From assembly GCA_964577435.1 (NCBI GenBank), contig CAZNZD010000003.1:1-62294 (forward strand): a stretch of DNA of 62,294 nt. Direction: 5' to 3'. The notes under the pieces were generated by a model. The model did not search any database, was not told where the DNA came from, and was given only the letters and a program-made list of their open reading frames with translations. Positions 10,001 through 18,730 of this stretch are shown piece by piece. The position numbers and the translations under genes were made by a program. Within the stretch, counting starts at the first letter, position 1, and the number at the start of each line of letters is the position of its first letter. Source of the stretch: an uncultured Clostridia bacterium. GTDB taxonomy: Bacteria; Bacillota; DTU025; MWDF01.

Positions 10001-11497
10001 CCAGGAAGCTCAAGCATAGCCTTCGGCCTCAGCGGCACGCCTACGAGCTTCACCGCGACAGCGGCCCAAAGCCTCACGCTGTTCGGGTACAACCTCACGA
10101 ACGCATCGCTTGCGCTCAGCACGACTAAGATATCCGGCAACGCTTCAGTGTCGCTGCCTTCGGGGCCAAGCGTGAGCCTGGCATTCAATATCACGCCGAC
10201 GTCCTTCTCCGGGACTGTGACGCAAGACCTTACGATTATGGGATGGACCTTCACGACGATGAAGCTTACGATGACGGATACATCGTTTACGGGCGCCGGC
10301 AAGGTCGACCTGCCCGGAGGAAGCAAGGCCACGGCAGATCTGACATTCACCCCCACGACGGTCACAGGAAGCGCAAGCCTCTCCTCAGGTAAGCTCCTTA
10401 GCTGGACGTCGACTTCCATAAGCGTGAGCTTCAGCAACAACAGCCTTGTCGGGACGGCAAGCCTGAAGCTTGGCACTACCCCGTCGTTCACTCAGTCGTT
10501 CAATGTAACCATAACGCCGACTGGCATATCCGGCTCCGCCACCTTGGCCGGGCCAACCCTGATGGGCTGGACGCTTGCGACGGGCTCGCTGACATTAAAC
10601 GGCCTTGCCGTCACGGGAACCCTCGATATCACGGTGCCGGGAATCGCCAAGACCAGCTATCTTGTGGATGCCTCGCCAACCAAGCTGGACATCACATACG
10701 CAGGAAGCATCACTGTCATGGGCTATGACGTGACCAATGCAGACCTTAGGATCGCCGGCTCCACGATGACAGGAAGCTTCAAGCTGGCCGTGCCCGGGCT
10801 GACGTCCACCCAGTTCACCGTAGCCGCCAGCACCACGAAGTTCGAGGCCACTGCGACCGGCCAGATAACGGTGTGCGGCTGGGATGCCGCTGAGGCCTCA
10901 CTCAAGCTTGCCAACTCGGCGATAACAGGCACGGGCAAGATAGATATCCTGGGAGTGAAGCCCACCTTCGACTTCATCGTGAATCCGACCGGAGCTTCCG
11001 GCAAATACGAGCAGAACATGGACTTCCCGCTGCCCGGAGGAAAGAAGGTGACTATCGAAAACTGCAAGCTCACTCTCGATACCGCAAACGGCATGAGGGG
11101 AACCGGAAGGCTTAAGCTCCAGAATGTGACCCTTGCAAACGCGGACTTCGGCATCGCGAAATCCGGCAGCATAACGGGAATAGCCTATCTGGGACTGGGC
11201 GCAAACAGCGTGAAGTGCAACTTCACCCTGACATCAAGCTCGATTTCGCTTACAGGCAGCATGTCGGCGAGCGCCAGCTGCACCGTGCCGGTTCCGCTCA
11301 TATCCGACCCCACTTTCTCCCTTTCCGCGACCGTATCGGTAGGAATCCAGAACACGAACGAGCTTAAGCTAACTGCATCAGGGACAGTGGACGCGCCTGT
11401 CATCGACCCCAAGTCCGTAAGCGGTTCGGTGGACCTTGCTACTGGCAAGTTCAGCGTCAGCGTCGTAGGCTACAGCCTCGAATTCGACCTGTTCTAG
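7100..11497 (+). CDS. Large (1465 aa) secreted protein with a long C-terminal tandem beta-repeat region
   Basis: Continuous ORF; signal peptide (LILA-C lipobox or AYA cleavage site); GGAGG SD; Ser/Thr/Gly-rich repeats; ends LEFDLF. Confidence 0.8.
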   Translation: MRRSLLRVVCLAFVAFILILACTSAYASVFSDFKSGISGFVQESGIAKAVSAAQAILTKSATSGISVLNRFKNPLEVKLEEELPAVAGELGKLAQAMVYITGPQVKAAYDKIRSALASIPDAEIGWSFPGGRFEAFKRGGSLAVMGIVRASGSRLIVGISNSDPLCDYAAGRLPNPTPGLPYAFIDITGGVNSSFQARAPLAGGLPLIRASSSMEIGGQLFSIDMSAFDLVPTKVECEIGLGIEATFDAELMLEGELEGKLCYECEPHKATAFARQAMEAMQRSAPIKPGMEVDARTAANMLYAGFRQVLSNLTSSGDTLGEVGIQVELTAKGGIGAADTSATAGSLKAGIGFMLPVGDAAKLTLAVIADVITAGMDSLPYIQKYAACRSFNDPESIARDAEKLQRILADLGRSGLSKALAASSNSKAKLEVALDALGEGKSDSSTSLRMFGIEAEIPAGRSIQAVFKPEFVRECINAIAYIIDQISPKGISGRRAAPEPDWNSLLSVIPTGTVLELELSPGIPVMTLEAKFPLSSLVETVKAGGSSAIDLLTSLPECVRSGNFTPLMKKAGSSFAGLTAKAVTEFKKDSTFTLKLGGGFDVSLGAEAAAEIGLGAKAFIKTDLELPCVLAGSKFDSAGKDGEASVGLLFEFEGEGKVEPGELVEVEASAGIDTKHKLFNVTFKEVDKQPGAPDEVMVAGFLVTSYKGTIANDSSLSGSGKLHLPVGGTVDANFKTDKAGKVLSGTWKGTVRIAERTFSIASGTLKDDGLHWSANPGLPFMPASASIDMRLGPDFELSGQGAATASLLGVSQQYAVGIDLSTGQFYATAKQAVKIGPWTFTNADFRLDNSGIKGSGELTMPGGTSTRWDISVTSDGTISGSYTKDFKIAGWSLARTQLAIGNTKITGTGYIKLPGTAAEMQYGITITSDLKLSASWSGSVGYGSWTLAEAAVTVTDGSFSGSAKAGIPGSSSIAFGLSGTPTSFTATAAQSLTLFGYNLTNASLALSTTKISGNASVSLPSGPSVSLAFNITPTSFSGTVTQDLTIMGWTFTTMKLTMTDTSFTGAGKVDLPGGSKATADLTFTPTTVTGSASLSSGKLLSWTSTSISVSFSNNSLVGTASLKLGTTPSFTQSFNVTITPTGISGSATLAGPTLMGWTLATGSLTLNGLAVTGTLDITVPGIAKTSYLVDASPTKLDITYAGSITVMGYDVTNADLRIAGSTMTGSFKLAVPGLTSTQFTVAASTTKFEATATGQITVCGWDAAEASLKLANSAITGTGKIDILGVKPTFDFIVNPTGASGKYEQNMDFPLPGGKKVTIENCKLTLDTANGMRGTGRLKLQNVTLANADFGIAKSGSITGIAYLGLGANSVKCNFTLTSSSISLTGSMSASASCTVPVPLISDPTFSLSATVSVGIQNTNELKLTASGTVDAPVIDPKSVSGSVDLATGKFSVSVVGYSLEFDLF
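9587..11008 (+). repeat. About nine tandem ~52-aa protein repeats (GW/GY-x-x-T-x-A-x-L...G-x-G-x-I-x-LPG...F-x-I-T-P-T-x-FSG)
   Basis: Units include IGPWTFTNADFRL..MPGG, IAGWSLARTQL..LPGT, LFGYNLTNASL..LPSG, IMGWTFTTMKL..LPGG, LMGWTLATGSL..VPGI, VMGYDVTNADL..VPGL, VCGWDAAEASL. DNA is diverged; repeat is visible at protein level only. Confidence 0.75.
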
Positions 11498-11510
11498 ATG
11501 CCTAAATGCC

Positions 11511-11543
11511 AAAAAGGGGCTGCGCATCCTGTGCGCAGCCCCT
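11511..11543 (-). terminator. Intrinsic terminator
   Basis: aaaaa-ggggctgcgca-tcctg-tgcgcagcccct between convergent genes. Confidence 0.75.
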
Positions 11544-11563
11544 CATGCATCATTGATTTTGAG

Positions 11564-12727
11564 TTACGCTCCGTAGACCTTCCTGAACTCGGCAACAGCC
11601 TTAACGGCATCGGCCTTCATGCCCATCTCGCTTAGGACCTCGCCGATAAGCGTGATGGCCTTCTCCAGCATCTCAGGGGTGGTGCTTCCCATGTGCCCGA
11701 GCCTGAACGCCTTTCCGGCGAGGGATGCAAGGGCGCCTGCGACTATCATGCCGCGCTTTGCGAGGGCCGCCCTGAATGCCGCGTCGTCCGTACCCTCGAC
11801 ATGCCTGAAGGTCGTAAGCGTCGGCGCTTCTATGCCGGATTCGGCAAGGGGCTTGAGACCGTATGTGGCAAGCGCCGCCCTTACTGCCTTGCCGTATGCC
11901 CTGTGCCTTGCATAGCGGGCTTTGAGGCCCTCGGCCATGACGGCCTTCATGCCCGCCTCGTATGCGTAGATCATGTTCACGGCGGGAGTCGCGTAGTACT
12001 TGCCGGGGTTCTGCATGACGGGCGTCCACATATTGATGTCTGCGTAGTAGGCGTTGACCCTGCCCATTGCAGCCCTCGCTTCAAGCGCCTTCTTGCCGAA
12101 GGCCACTATAGCAAGGCCCGGCGGCACTCCGATTGCCTTCTGGCTTCCTGTGAGCACCACATCTATCCTGTAGTCCTCGTTGCCTGCATACGCCCTCGAC
12201 ATGTCCTCTTCAATCGCCGCCGTCGCGCAGACGCCGTCAAGTATGAGAAGGGCGCCACTTTTCTTGATTACTGGGACTAGCTTCTCCAGGTCGGACTCGA
12301 CGCCGGTGGAGGTGTCCACGTGAGTCACTGTTACAGCCTTGAAGCCGCCCTCTGCGAGCTTCCTTTCCACTTCCTTTACATCGACGTGCTTTCCCCACTC
12401 GGACTTGATAGCCTCAACCTTGATTCCAAAGGCCTCGCCGAGCTGGATGAACCTGTCTCCGAAATAGCCATGGCTCAATACCAGGAGCTTCTCCCCGGGC
12501 GCTACGGTGTTCACGATGGCGATCTCCATCGAAAGCGTACCGGAGCCCGCCACCACGAATACTTCCCCGTCGCAGTTGAACATCTGCCTGGTCATCGAAA
12601 GGGCATTCTTGTATATCTCGACGAACCTGGGGTCGGTATGGGCGCGGGTTTCTCCTGATAATGCATCGTACACTTCGTCGGCTACCGGAGTCGGGCCCGG
12701 TATGAGCAGCATTTCCTTATTGCGCAT
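11564..12727 (-). CDS. Class V PLP aminotransferase (serine/alanine-glyoxylate or serine-pyruvate type)
   Basis: LLIPGPTPV, THVDTSTGV, ILDGVC, TGSQKAIGVPPGL (PLP Lys), FRLGHMG. Confidence 0.9.
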   Translation of the reverse strand: MRNKEMLLIPGPTPVADEVYDALSGETRAHTDPRFVEIYKNALSMTRQMFNCDGEVFVVAGSGTLSMEIAIVNTVAPGEKLLVLSHGYFGDRFIQLGEAFGIKVEAIKSEWGKHVDVKEVERKLAEGGFKAVTVTHVDTSTGVESDLEKLVPVIKKSGALLILDGVCATAAIEEDMSRAYAGNEDYRIDVVLTGSQKAIGVPPGLAIVAFGKKALEARAAMGRVNAYYADINMWTPVMQNPGKYYATPAVNMIYAYEAGMKAVMAEGLKARYARHRAYGKAVRAALATYGLKPLAESGIEAPTLTTFRHVEGTDDAAFRAALAKRGMIVAGALASLAGKAFRLGHMGSTTPEMLEKAITLIGEVLSEMGMKADAVKAVAEFRKVYGA

Positions 12728-12831
12728 CTGTCTTCCTCCCAAAAATCAAGGCCAGCTCCGGGCCGGCCATATTCGGCAACGGATATAATTATGCTTGAAT
12801 CTCTCCCCTTATTCAACAAGCATGGCACCTG

Positions 12832-13551
12832 CTATGCCCCGCAGACCTTGCAGTTGTCCTTCCTTTGAAGCTCCATCGTCTCGAAGGCCCCGGTGTAGAG
12901 GTCGAAGTATATCAGCCTTCCGGACGGGAAACCGGTTTTCCCGGCGGCAAGGAATTTCACAGCCTCAGCGGCCATTATGGAACCGACTACTCCGGCGGTT
13001 GCCCCCAGAACCGAAGGCGGCTTGCCCTTCTCCTCTGATTCGTCAGGAAGAAGGCACGCCCTGCATGGTCCGACCTTGGGTTCGAAGAAGCCGACCATGC
13101 CCGTATATGCCTCCACTGACCCGTCTATGTATGCCGTGCCGGTCTTCCTGCAGGCCCTGTTGATCACCTGCCTAGCGTGGGGATTGTCGACGGCGCCCAG
13201 GACTATGTCGTAGCCCATGATAAGCTCCGGAGCGTTGTCGTCCTCCAGCCTAAGCGCATGGACCGTCGCCTTGACCTCGGGGTTCAGCTGGGTTATCTTG
13301 AACGCGGCCGAAGAGGCCTTCACCTCGCCAATATCGGGAGTGAAGTGCAGTATCTGCCTGTTCAGGTTCGAAAGCTCTATTACGTCTGAGTCGATTATCC
13401 CGATCCTGCCTACGCCGGCCGCAGCAAGGTAGTATAGAAGCGGCGAGCCGATTCCTCCGGCCCCCACCACGAGCACGCCCGAATCTGCAAGCCTGCCCTG
13501 CGCCCCGTCATCGAAGCCCGGAAGGCCCCGGTGCCTGTCATATCTGCCCAT
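12832..13551 (-). CDS. ThiF/MoeB/HesA family adenylyltransferase
   Basis: GAGGIGS, DSDVIELSNLNRQILH, Zn motifs CRAC and CKVC. Confidence 0.88.
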   Translation of the reverse strand: MGRYDRHRGLPGFDDGAQGRLADSGVLVVGAGGIGSPLLYYLAAAGVGRIGIIDSDVIELSNLNRQILHFTPDIGEVKASSAAFKITQLNPEVKATVHALRLEDDNAPELIMGYDIVLGAVDNPHARQVINRACRKTGTAYIDGSVEAYTGMVGFFEPKVGPCRACLLPDESEEKGKPPSVLGATAGVVGSIMAAEAVKFLAAGKTGFPSGRLIYFDLYTGAFETMELQRKDNCKVCGA

Positions 13552-13680
13552 GCCACACCTCCGCGCCGAATATTCGGCTTAAGAGCCGCCCTTTGATTGG
13601 TGCAATGGCCGCCCCTATGTATTATTCTATCAGTAAGGCGCCGATTGGTGTCCACATACCATAGCATCAGGAGGAATATC

Positions 13681-13971
13681 ATGCCCAAGGGACTGATCTC
13701 CGACCCGGCGGACAACATAGCTACCATGCTGCAGGACGCAAAAGCGGGCGAGGAAGTGCTCGTGGCCGGCAAGGCGGGCATTTCCAGCTTCTCGGTGACG
13801 GCTTCCACTGATGTGCCGATGTACCATAAGATCTCGCTTGCGGACATCCCTGCGGGCGGGACTATAAGTAAGTACGGTAATCCGATGGGAATTGCGACGA
13901 AGCCGATAGCAAAGGGCGAGCATGTGCACATACACAACATAGCAAGTCTTAGGGCCAGGAGGGATTCGTGA
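13681..13971 (+). CDS. SAF-domain small subunit of a UxaA-family dehydratase/lyase (SuyA-like)
   Basis: DNIATML, DVPMYHKISLADIPAGGTISKYG, GEHVHIHN; AGGAGG SD. Confidence 0.85.
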   Translation: MPKGLISDPADNIATMLQDAKAGEEVLVAGKAGISSFSVTASTDVPMYHKISLADIPAGGTISKYGNPMGIATKPIAKGEHVHIHNIASLRARRDS

Positions 13972-15149
13972 TGGCAGACGATAAGATGATGCTCTCCGGA
14001 TACAGAAGGCCCGACGGCAGGCACGGTATAAGAAACCACATGGTCATCATACCGGCCTCCGTATGCGCAGGCGAGGTATCGTCCCGCATCGCATCCGCGG
14101 TTCCTGGCTCAGTGGCGCTCGTGCATTCGAACGGCTGCTGCCAGATGGGCGAGGACTACGCACAGACTGCAAGGACGCTCATAGGCATGGGGACTAACCC
14201 CAATACAGGCGCAGTACTGGTAGTGGGCCTCGGCTGCGAGGGCATGCAACCCTCTGAGCTAGTCGATGGCATATCGAAATCAGGCAAGCAAGTGGACCTG
14301 GTTATCATACAGGAGTGCGGCGGAACCGACGGGGCAGTCGCGGAGGGAATCAAGAAGGCGACGGCGCTTGCCTCCGGCATCTCGGACATGAGGCCAGAAC
14401 CTTTCCCGATATCGGAGCTGGTGCTGGGACTAGAATGCGGAGGCTCCGACCCCACGTCGGGAATAGCCGCGAACCCTTCACTAGGTGTGGCGTCGGACAT
14501 GCTTGTCCAAGCGGGAGGCACCTCAATACTGTCAGAGACCACAGAGCTCATCGGCGCAGAGAGGATACTTGCTCAAAGGTGCTGCTCCGAGGAGACCGCC
14601 AATAAGCTTCTCAGGATAGTGGACGATGTAGAGAAGCGCGCACTGGCGATGGGCTCGGACCTGAGGGGCACGCAGCCTACGCCCGGCAACATCAAAGGCG
14701 GCCTTTCCACCATCGAGGAGAAGTCCCTTGGCTGCATACTCAAGGCGGGCAAGTCGAGGATGATGGGAGTGCTCAGATACGGCGAGGAGCTTCCGAAAGG
14801 TGCAAGGGGCCTTTACATGATGGATAGCCCTGGCCAGGACGTGGATTCGATGATCGGCATGCTTGCGGGAGGCGCCCACATCGTCGTCTTCACCACCGGG
14901 CTAGGCACGCCCACCGGCACGCCCATAGCGCCGGTCATCAAGGTGACCGCAAACGGCAGGACTTACGGCAGGATGAGCGGCAACATAGACATAGACCTAA
15001 GCCCCGTCATGGCCGGGGAGATGACCCTCGATGAGGCCGGCGCGCTTATCTTCTCCGAGATGGTCGATGCAGCAAGGGGCAAGCTTACCAAATCCGAGGT
15101 CACAGGCCACAGGGAGTTCGGCATATACAGGGTGGGGCCCACCTTCTGA
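13968..15149 (+). CDS. UxaA/GarD/SuyB family dehydratase, large subunit
   Basis: GYRRPDGRHGIRN, VGLGCE, LECGGSD, GNIKGGLSTIEEKSLGC, FTTGLGTP. Confidence 0.88.
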   Translation: MMADDKMMLSGYRRPDGRHGIRNHMVIIPASVCAGEVSSRIASAVPGSVALVHSNGCCQMGEDYAQTARTLIGMGTNPNTGAVLVVGLGCEGMQPSELVDGISKSGKQVDLVIIQECGGTDGAVAEGIKKATALASGISDMRPEPFPISELVLGLECGGSDPTSGIAANPSLGVASDMLVQAGGTSILSETTELIGAERILAQRCCSEETANKLLRIVDDVEKRALAMGSDLRGTQPTPGNIKGGLSTIEEKSLGCILKAGKSRMMGVLRYGEELPKGARGLYMMDSPGQDVDSMIGMLAGGAHIVVFTTGLGTPTGTPIAPVIKVTANGRTYGRMSGNIDIDLSPVMAGEMTLDEAGALIFSEMVDAARGKLTKSEVTGHREFGIYRVGPTF

Positions 15150-15172
15150 CGCCGGACGTACTGATCGAGCTT

Positions 15173-15206
15173 AGGCCCGTCCTCCTGTGGCAAGGCGGAC
15201 GGGCTT
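15173..15206 (+). terminator. Probable terminator hairpin
   Basis: aggcccgtcc ... ggacgggctt after the UxaA gene; weak U-tract. Confidence 0.5.
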
Positions 15207-15385
15207 GCTCTTTGCGCCAAGGCTCAAGCGCTATCTTGGTCGATGCCTGCCGATGACATAATCGCTGACGAGTTACACCATGACATTATCGCTGACCAAC
15301 AACACAAGCAAACCGATTTTTCTTGCCGCGCGGTGTTTGTGCTGTTAGAATATATATTCGCCGCTTTGCGGCAGAGGAGGCCGGC

Positions 15386-16774
15386 ATGACAGGCTCTAGG
15401 GTCTACAACAGGATAAGGCCGCACATAGCCGACAAGGCCTTCTATAAGCATGCCCTCGCCGTGATGATGCCGATAATGGCGCAGCAGCTCATCACCACGG
15501 TTGTGAACCTGGTCGACAACCTTCAGGTAGGGCAGCTCGGCTCCCAGTCGATCGCCGGAGTCGGCATCGCCAACCAGTTCTTCTTCATATACTCCCTTAT
15601 GCTCTTCGGTATAGCAGGTGGAGGAGGCATATTCGTCGCACAGTTCTGGGGGGCTAGGGACAATGACGGCATGAAGCAGTCCTACAGGTTCATGCTGATC
15701 TCATCGTCCTTCGTATCGGTGCTGTTCATGCTGCTGGCTTACTTCGGGGCGCCGAGCATAATCGGCTTCTTCACCCAGGATCCCGGGACGATATCGGAAG
15801 GCGTCGCATACCTTAGGGTGGTGCTTTTCACCTTCACGCCGACGGCGTTCAGCATATCCACAGCAGGTTCCTTCAGGAGCATCGGCCAGGCCAAGGTCGC
15901 CATGCTTCCGTCGATCGTGGCGGTGTTCGTGAACATGGTCTTCAACTACATCCTGATATTCGGCAAGTTCGGAGCCCCGAGGCTGGGCGTGCAGGGCGCA
16001 GCCTACGCGACCATCCTGGCAAGGCTTGTCGAGATGACCATGCTCTATATAGCCATGCGCAAGGATACTTGTCCGTTCAGAAGCTCGGTCTCGCGCATGT
16101 TCAAGGTGAAGCCGGCGCTGTTTAGGACGATCCTCGTCAAGTCGCTGCCGCTCATAGCAAACGAGCTTCTTTGGTCGACGGGAGTGACGATGCAGTTTAA
16201 GGCCTATTCCACGCGTGGAGTCGTGGCGCTCGCCGCGCTTAACATAATGAATGCCGTGAACAACATGTTCTTCGTGGTAAACAGCGGGCAGGCGACGGCG
16301 ATTTCCGTAATAATCGGGCATGCGCTGGGTGCAGACCGCCTCGATGAGGCCCGCAGGGACTCAAGGAGGCTCATAGTGTTCGGGATAATGATCTCAGGCT
16401 GCCTCATGCTGCTTCACATAGCATCCGGCCTTGCGATCCCCTCCATCTACAACGTGACGGCGGAGGTGCGGACCACGGCGAGGATCCTGACCTCGCTTTC
16501 GGCGGTCATGATGCCCATATACCTTACCAACGCGGGATTCTTCTTCGTGCTTAGGTCCGGAGGGGACACGAGGTCGGTCATGCTGATGGACTCCCTGTTC
16601 ACCTGGTTCATAACGGTGCCCTACGCGCTTTCGATCGCCTACTTCACGAAGGTGACCCTGCTGCAGCTTTTCCTGCTGGTGCAGGTGACCGAGTTCGTGA
16701 AGCTCACGATAGCATACACCCTCTTCAGGAAGGAACACTGGGTAAAGAACCTGACTACCGACGCAAACCGATAG
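15386..16774 (+). CDS. MATE family efflux transporter
   Basis: About 12 hydrophobic segments; VDNLQVGQLG, IFGKFGAPRLGVQGAAYAT, LRSGGDT. Confidence 0.92.
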   Translation: MTGSRVYNRIRPHIADKAFYKHALAVMMPIMAQQLITTVVNLVDNLQVGQLGSQSIAGVGIANQFFFIYSLMLFGIAGGGGIFVAQFWGARDNDGMKQSYRFMLISSSFVSVLFMLLAYFGAPSIIGFFTQDPGTISEGVAYLRVVLFTFTPTAFSISTAGSFRSIGQAKVAMLPSIVAVFVNMVFNYILIFGKFGAPRLGVQGAAYATILARLVEMTMLYIAMRKDTCPFRSSVSRMFKVKPALFRTILVKSLPLIANELLWSTGVTMQFKAYSTRGVVALAALNIMNAVNNMFFVVNSGQATAISVIIGHALGADRLDEARRDSRRLIVFGIMISGCLMLLHIASGLAIPSIYNVTAEVRTTARILTSLSAVMMPIYLTNAGFFFVLRSGGDTRSVMLMDSLFTWFITVPYALSIAYFTKVTLLQLFLLVQVTEFVKLTIAYTLFRKEHWVKNLTTDANR

Positions 16775-16800
16775 GAAGCTCCCAAAAGGGCTTCCTATCG
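16769..16800 (+). terminator. Terminator-like hairpin
   Basis: cgataggaagc-(tcccaaaagg)-gcttcctatcg. Confidence 0.65.
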
Positions 16801-16919
16801 CTTCTTGCTGGCACAAGGCATTGATTAGTGAATATTCCCATTAAGGTGCGCAACCGGACCTCTTGTGGTATATTTCTACAAAAGCCCGCCCTGAGGCGGA
16901 TAGATATGAGGTCATCCGA

Positions 16920-17498
16920 ATGAACTATGCTTCCTTCTTCTCGTACACCATACTGCAGATCATCACGCCCGGGCCCAACAACATCATGGCCATGAACAAT
17001 GGTATAAGATACGGGGTTGCAAAGAGCCTGGGCTTCAACTTCGGGGTCTTCGCCGGTCAGACCATGAATGTGCTTTTGGCGAGCCTGTTCAGCTCATACC
17101 TCTACAAGCTGGTGCCGCAGGTGAAGCCCTTCGTGACGATAATCGGCGCTGCCTACATCCTTTACCTTGCCTGGAGGACCTGGAATTCGAAGCCCCACTC
17201 GAACTCAGCAGGGGCCAGCATCCATACCTTCCTTCCGGGCGTTGCCGTGCAGTTCATAAACCCCAAGGGCATACTGATGGCGCTTACTGTAGCCTCGGTG
17301 TACATCACCCCGAACTTCACGGAGGTTCTCCCCATCCTCGCGCTCGCGCTTCTCGTCGGAGCGATGTGCATCGCATCGACGCTCATATGGGGAGGCTTCG
17401 GCGCGCTGTTCCAGTCGTTCTATGAGAGGAACTACCGGCCTGTGAACGCGGTCATGTCCATACTTCTTCTGTACTGCGCGGCGTCGCTGTTCCTGTAG
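16920..17498 (+). CDS. LysE family translocator (EamB-like)
   Basis: ITPGPNN, GAAYILYLAW, QFINPKG. Confidence 0.9.
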   Translation: MNYASFFSYTILQIITPGPNNIMAMNNGIRYGVAKSLGFNFGVFAGQTMNVLLASLFSSYLYKLVPQVKPFVTIIGAAYILYLAWRTWNSKPHSNSAGASIHTFLPGVAVQFINPKGILMALTVASVYITPNFTEVLPILALALLVGAMCIASTLIWGGFGALFQSFYERNYRPVNAVMSILLLYCAASLFL

Positions 17499-17534
17499 GC
17501 TTACAAAATCCGGCAAGGGCGAAATCGAAAACGA

Positions 17535-17564
17535 AAGAGGTCCATCTTCCAGGACGGACCTCTT
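17535..17564. terminator. Hairpin between convergent genes
   Basis: aagaggtcc ... ggacctctt. Confidence 0.55.
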
Positions 17565-17587
17565 CTCACGTTCAATCCCAGCGTCTT

Positions 17588-18730
17588 CTATACTACCGCC
17601 GGCTCCACTATCATCTCGCCCCTTTCGAAGCGCCTGTAGTCAAGCATGGATATGTCCATGGAGGTATCGCCGTGCGCGACCATCTCGGCGAGGAGCTTCC
17701 CGGTAAACGGCGCTAGCATGAAGCCGTGCCCTGAGTAGCCGCATGAGATGAAGAAGCCCTCGACCTCGGTCCTCCCGAGAAGCGGCTGCCTGTCGGGCGT
17801 CATATTGTACATTCCGGCCCACTGCCTTACCACCCTGATGTTCCTGGTGCGCGGGAGAAGCTTAGTGAACACGCTCGCCATATGGCCCAGAAAGTCCCAT
17901 GAGACGTTGTTGGCGAAGTCCTGAGGGTGCCCCTCGGGGCTGCAGCCTCCGATTATCGAGCCATGGGGCCTCTGTTGTATGTAGTAGTTTCCGGAGAAGC
18001 TCATCAGCATCGGAGGGCACACTCCCGGATCCACCGGCTCGGTTATGAGTATCTCATGCCTCTCCGAGAACACGGGAAGGTCGACGCCGGCCATCTTCCC
18101 TACCACCTGGGAATAGGGTCCCGCGCAGTTTATCACGGCCTTGGTCCAGACAGTGCCCTTGCTGGTAAGGATCGATTCCACCCTGCCTCCGGTCACGTTA
18201 ATGGCTTGAACCTCGGTGAACCGCTCGAACTCGATGCCAAGCCTCTTGGCCGCCTCTACATAAGCGAAAGTCGTGAGGAAGGGGTCGGCATGGCCGTCCT
18301 TCGAATGGAAGGTGAATCCTACCGCATCCTCGGCCCAAAGCCCAGGGCAGATCTCATATGCCTCTTCTTTTGTCACAACTCTTGAGCCGATGCCGCACGA
18401 ATTCTGGAGGCACACGTTCCTCTGAAGCTGCTCGAACTCGCTTTCCTTATAAGCGACCATGAGGTAGCCGCACTGGTTAAGGCCTATGTCCATGCCGAGC
18501 TCTTCCTTGAGGTTCTCGAAAGTAGAGAGCGCATTGGCGGCGATCTGGCAGTTCATGAGCGTCCCCCACTGTGCCCTTATCCCCGCACCGCACCGCCCGG
18601 TCGAACCTCCGCATATTGTATCGCGCTCGACTACAAGGATATCCTTTACGCCAAGCTTAGCCAGGTTATAGGCGGTCGCCGCCCCATTTATGCCTCCGCC
18701 TATGATCACAACATCCGCCTTCGTCATCAT
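17588..18730 (-). CDS. FAD-dependent amino-acid oxidoreductase (DadA / sarcosine oxidase beta / L-proline dehydrogenase beta type)
   Basis: IIGGGINGA, GSTGRCGAGIR, RQWAGMYNMTPDRQP, GYSGHGFMLAP. Confidence 0.88.
   Translation of the reverse strand: MMTKADVVIIGGGINGAATAYNLAKLGVKDILVVERDTICGGSTGRCGAGIRAQWGTLMNCQIAANALSTFENLKEELGMDIGLNQCGYLMVAYKESEFEQLQRNVCLQNSCGIGSRVVTKEEAYEICPGLWAEDAVGFTFHSKDGHADPFLTTFAYVEAAKRLGIEFERFTEVQAINVTGGRVESILTSKGTVWTKAVINCAGPYSQVVGKMAGVDLPVFSERHEILITEPVDPGVCPPMLMSFSGNYYIQQRPHGSIIGGCSPEGHPQDFANNVSWDFLGHMASVFTKLLPRTRNIRVVRQWAGMYNMTPDRQPLLGRTEVEGFFISCGYSGHGFMLAPFTGKLLAEMVAHGDTSMDISMLDYRRFERGEMIVEPAVV

Noticed and set aside
9587-11008. CRISPR array or DNA tandem repeat
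   Set aside because: The periodicity exists only at protein level inside an ORF; there are no identical DNA repeats with spacers.
15701-16321. Long antisense/alternate-frame ORFs, e.g. 15701..16321, 19991..20743, 24361..25143, 28790..29548, 30634..31503, 51737..52564, 53773..54597
   Set aside because: They shadow well-supported genes, have Arg/His/Pro-rich composition typical of GC-rich off-frames, and show no motifs.
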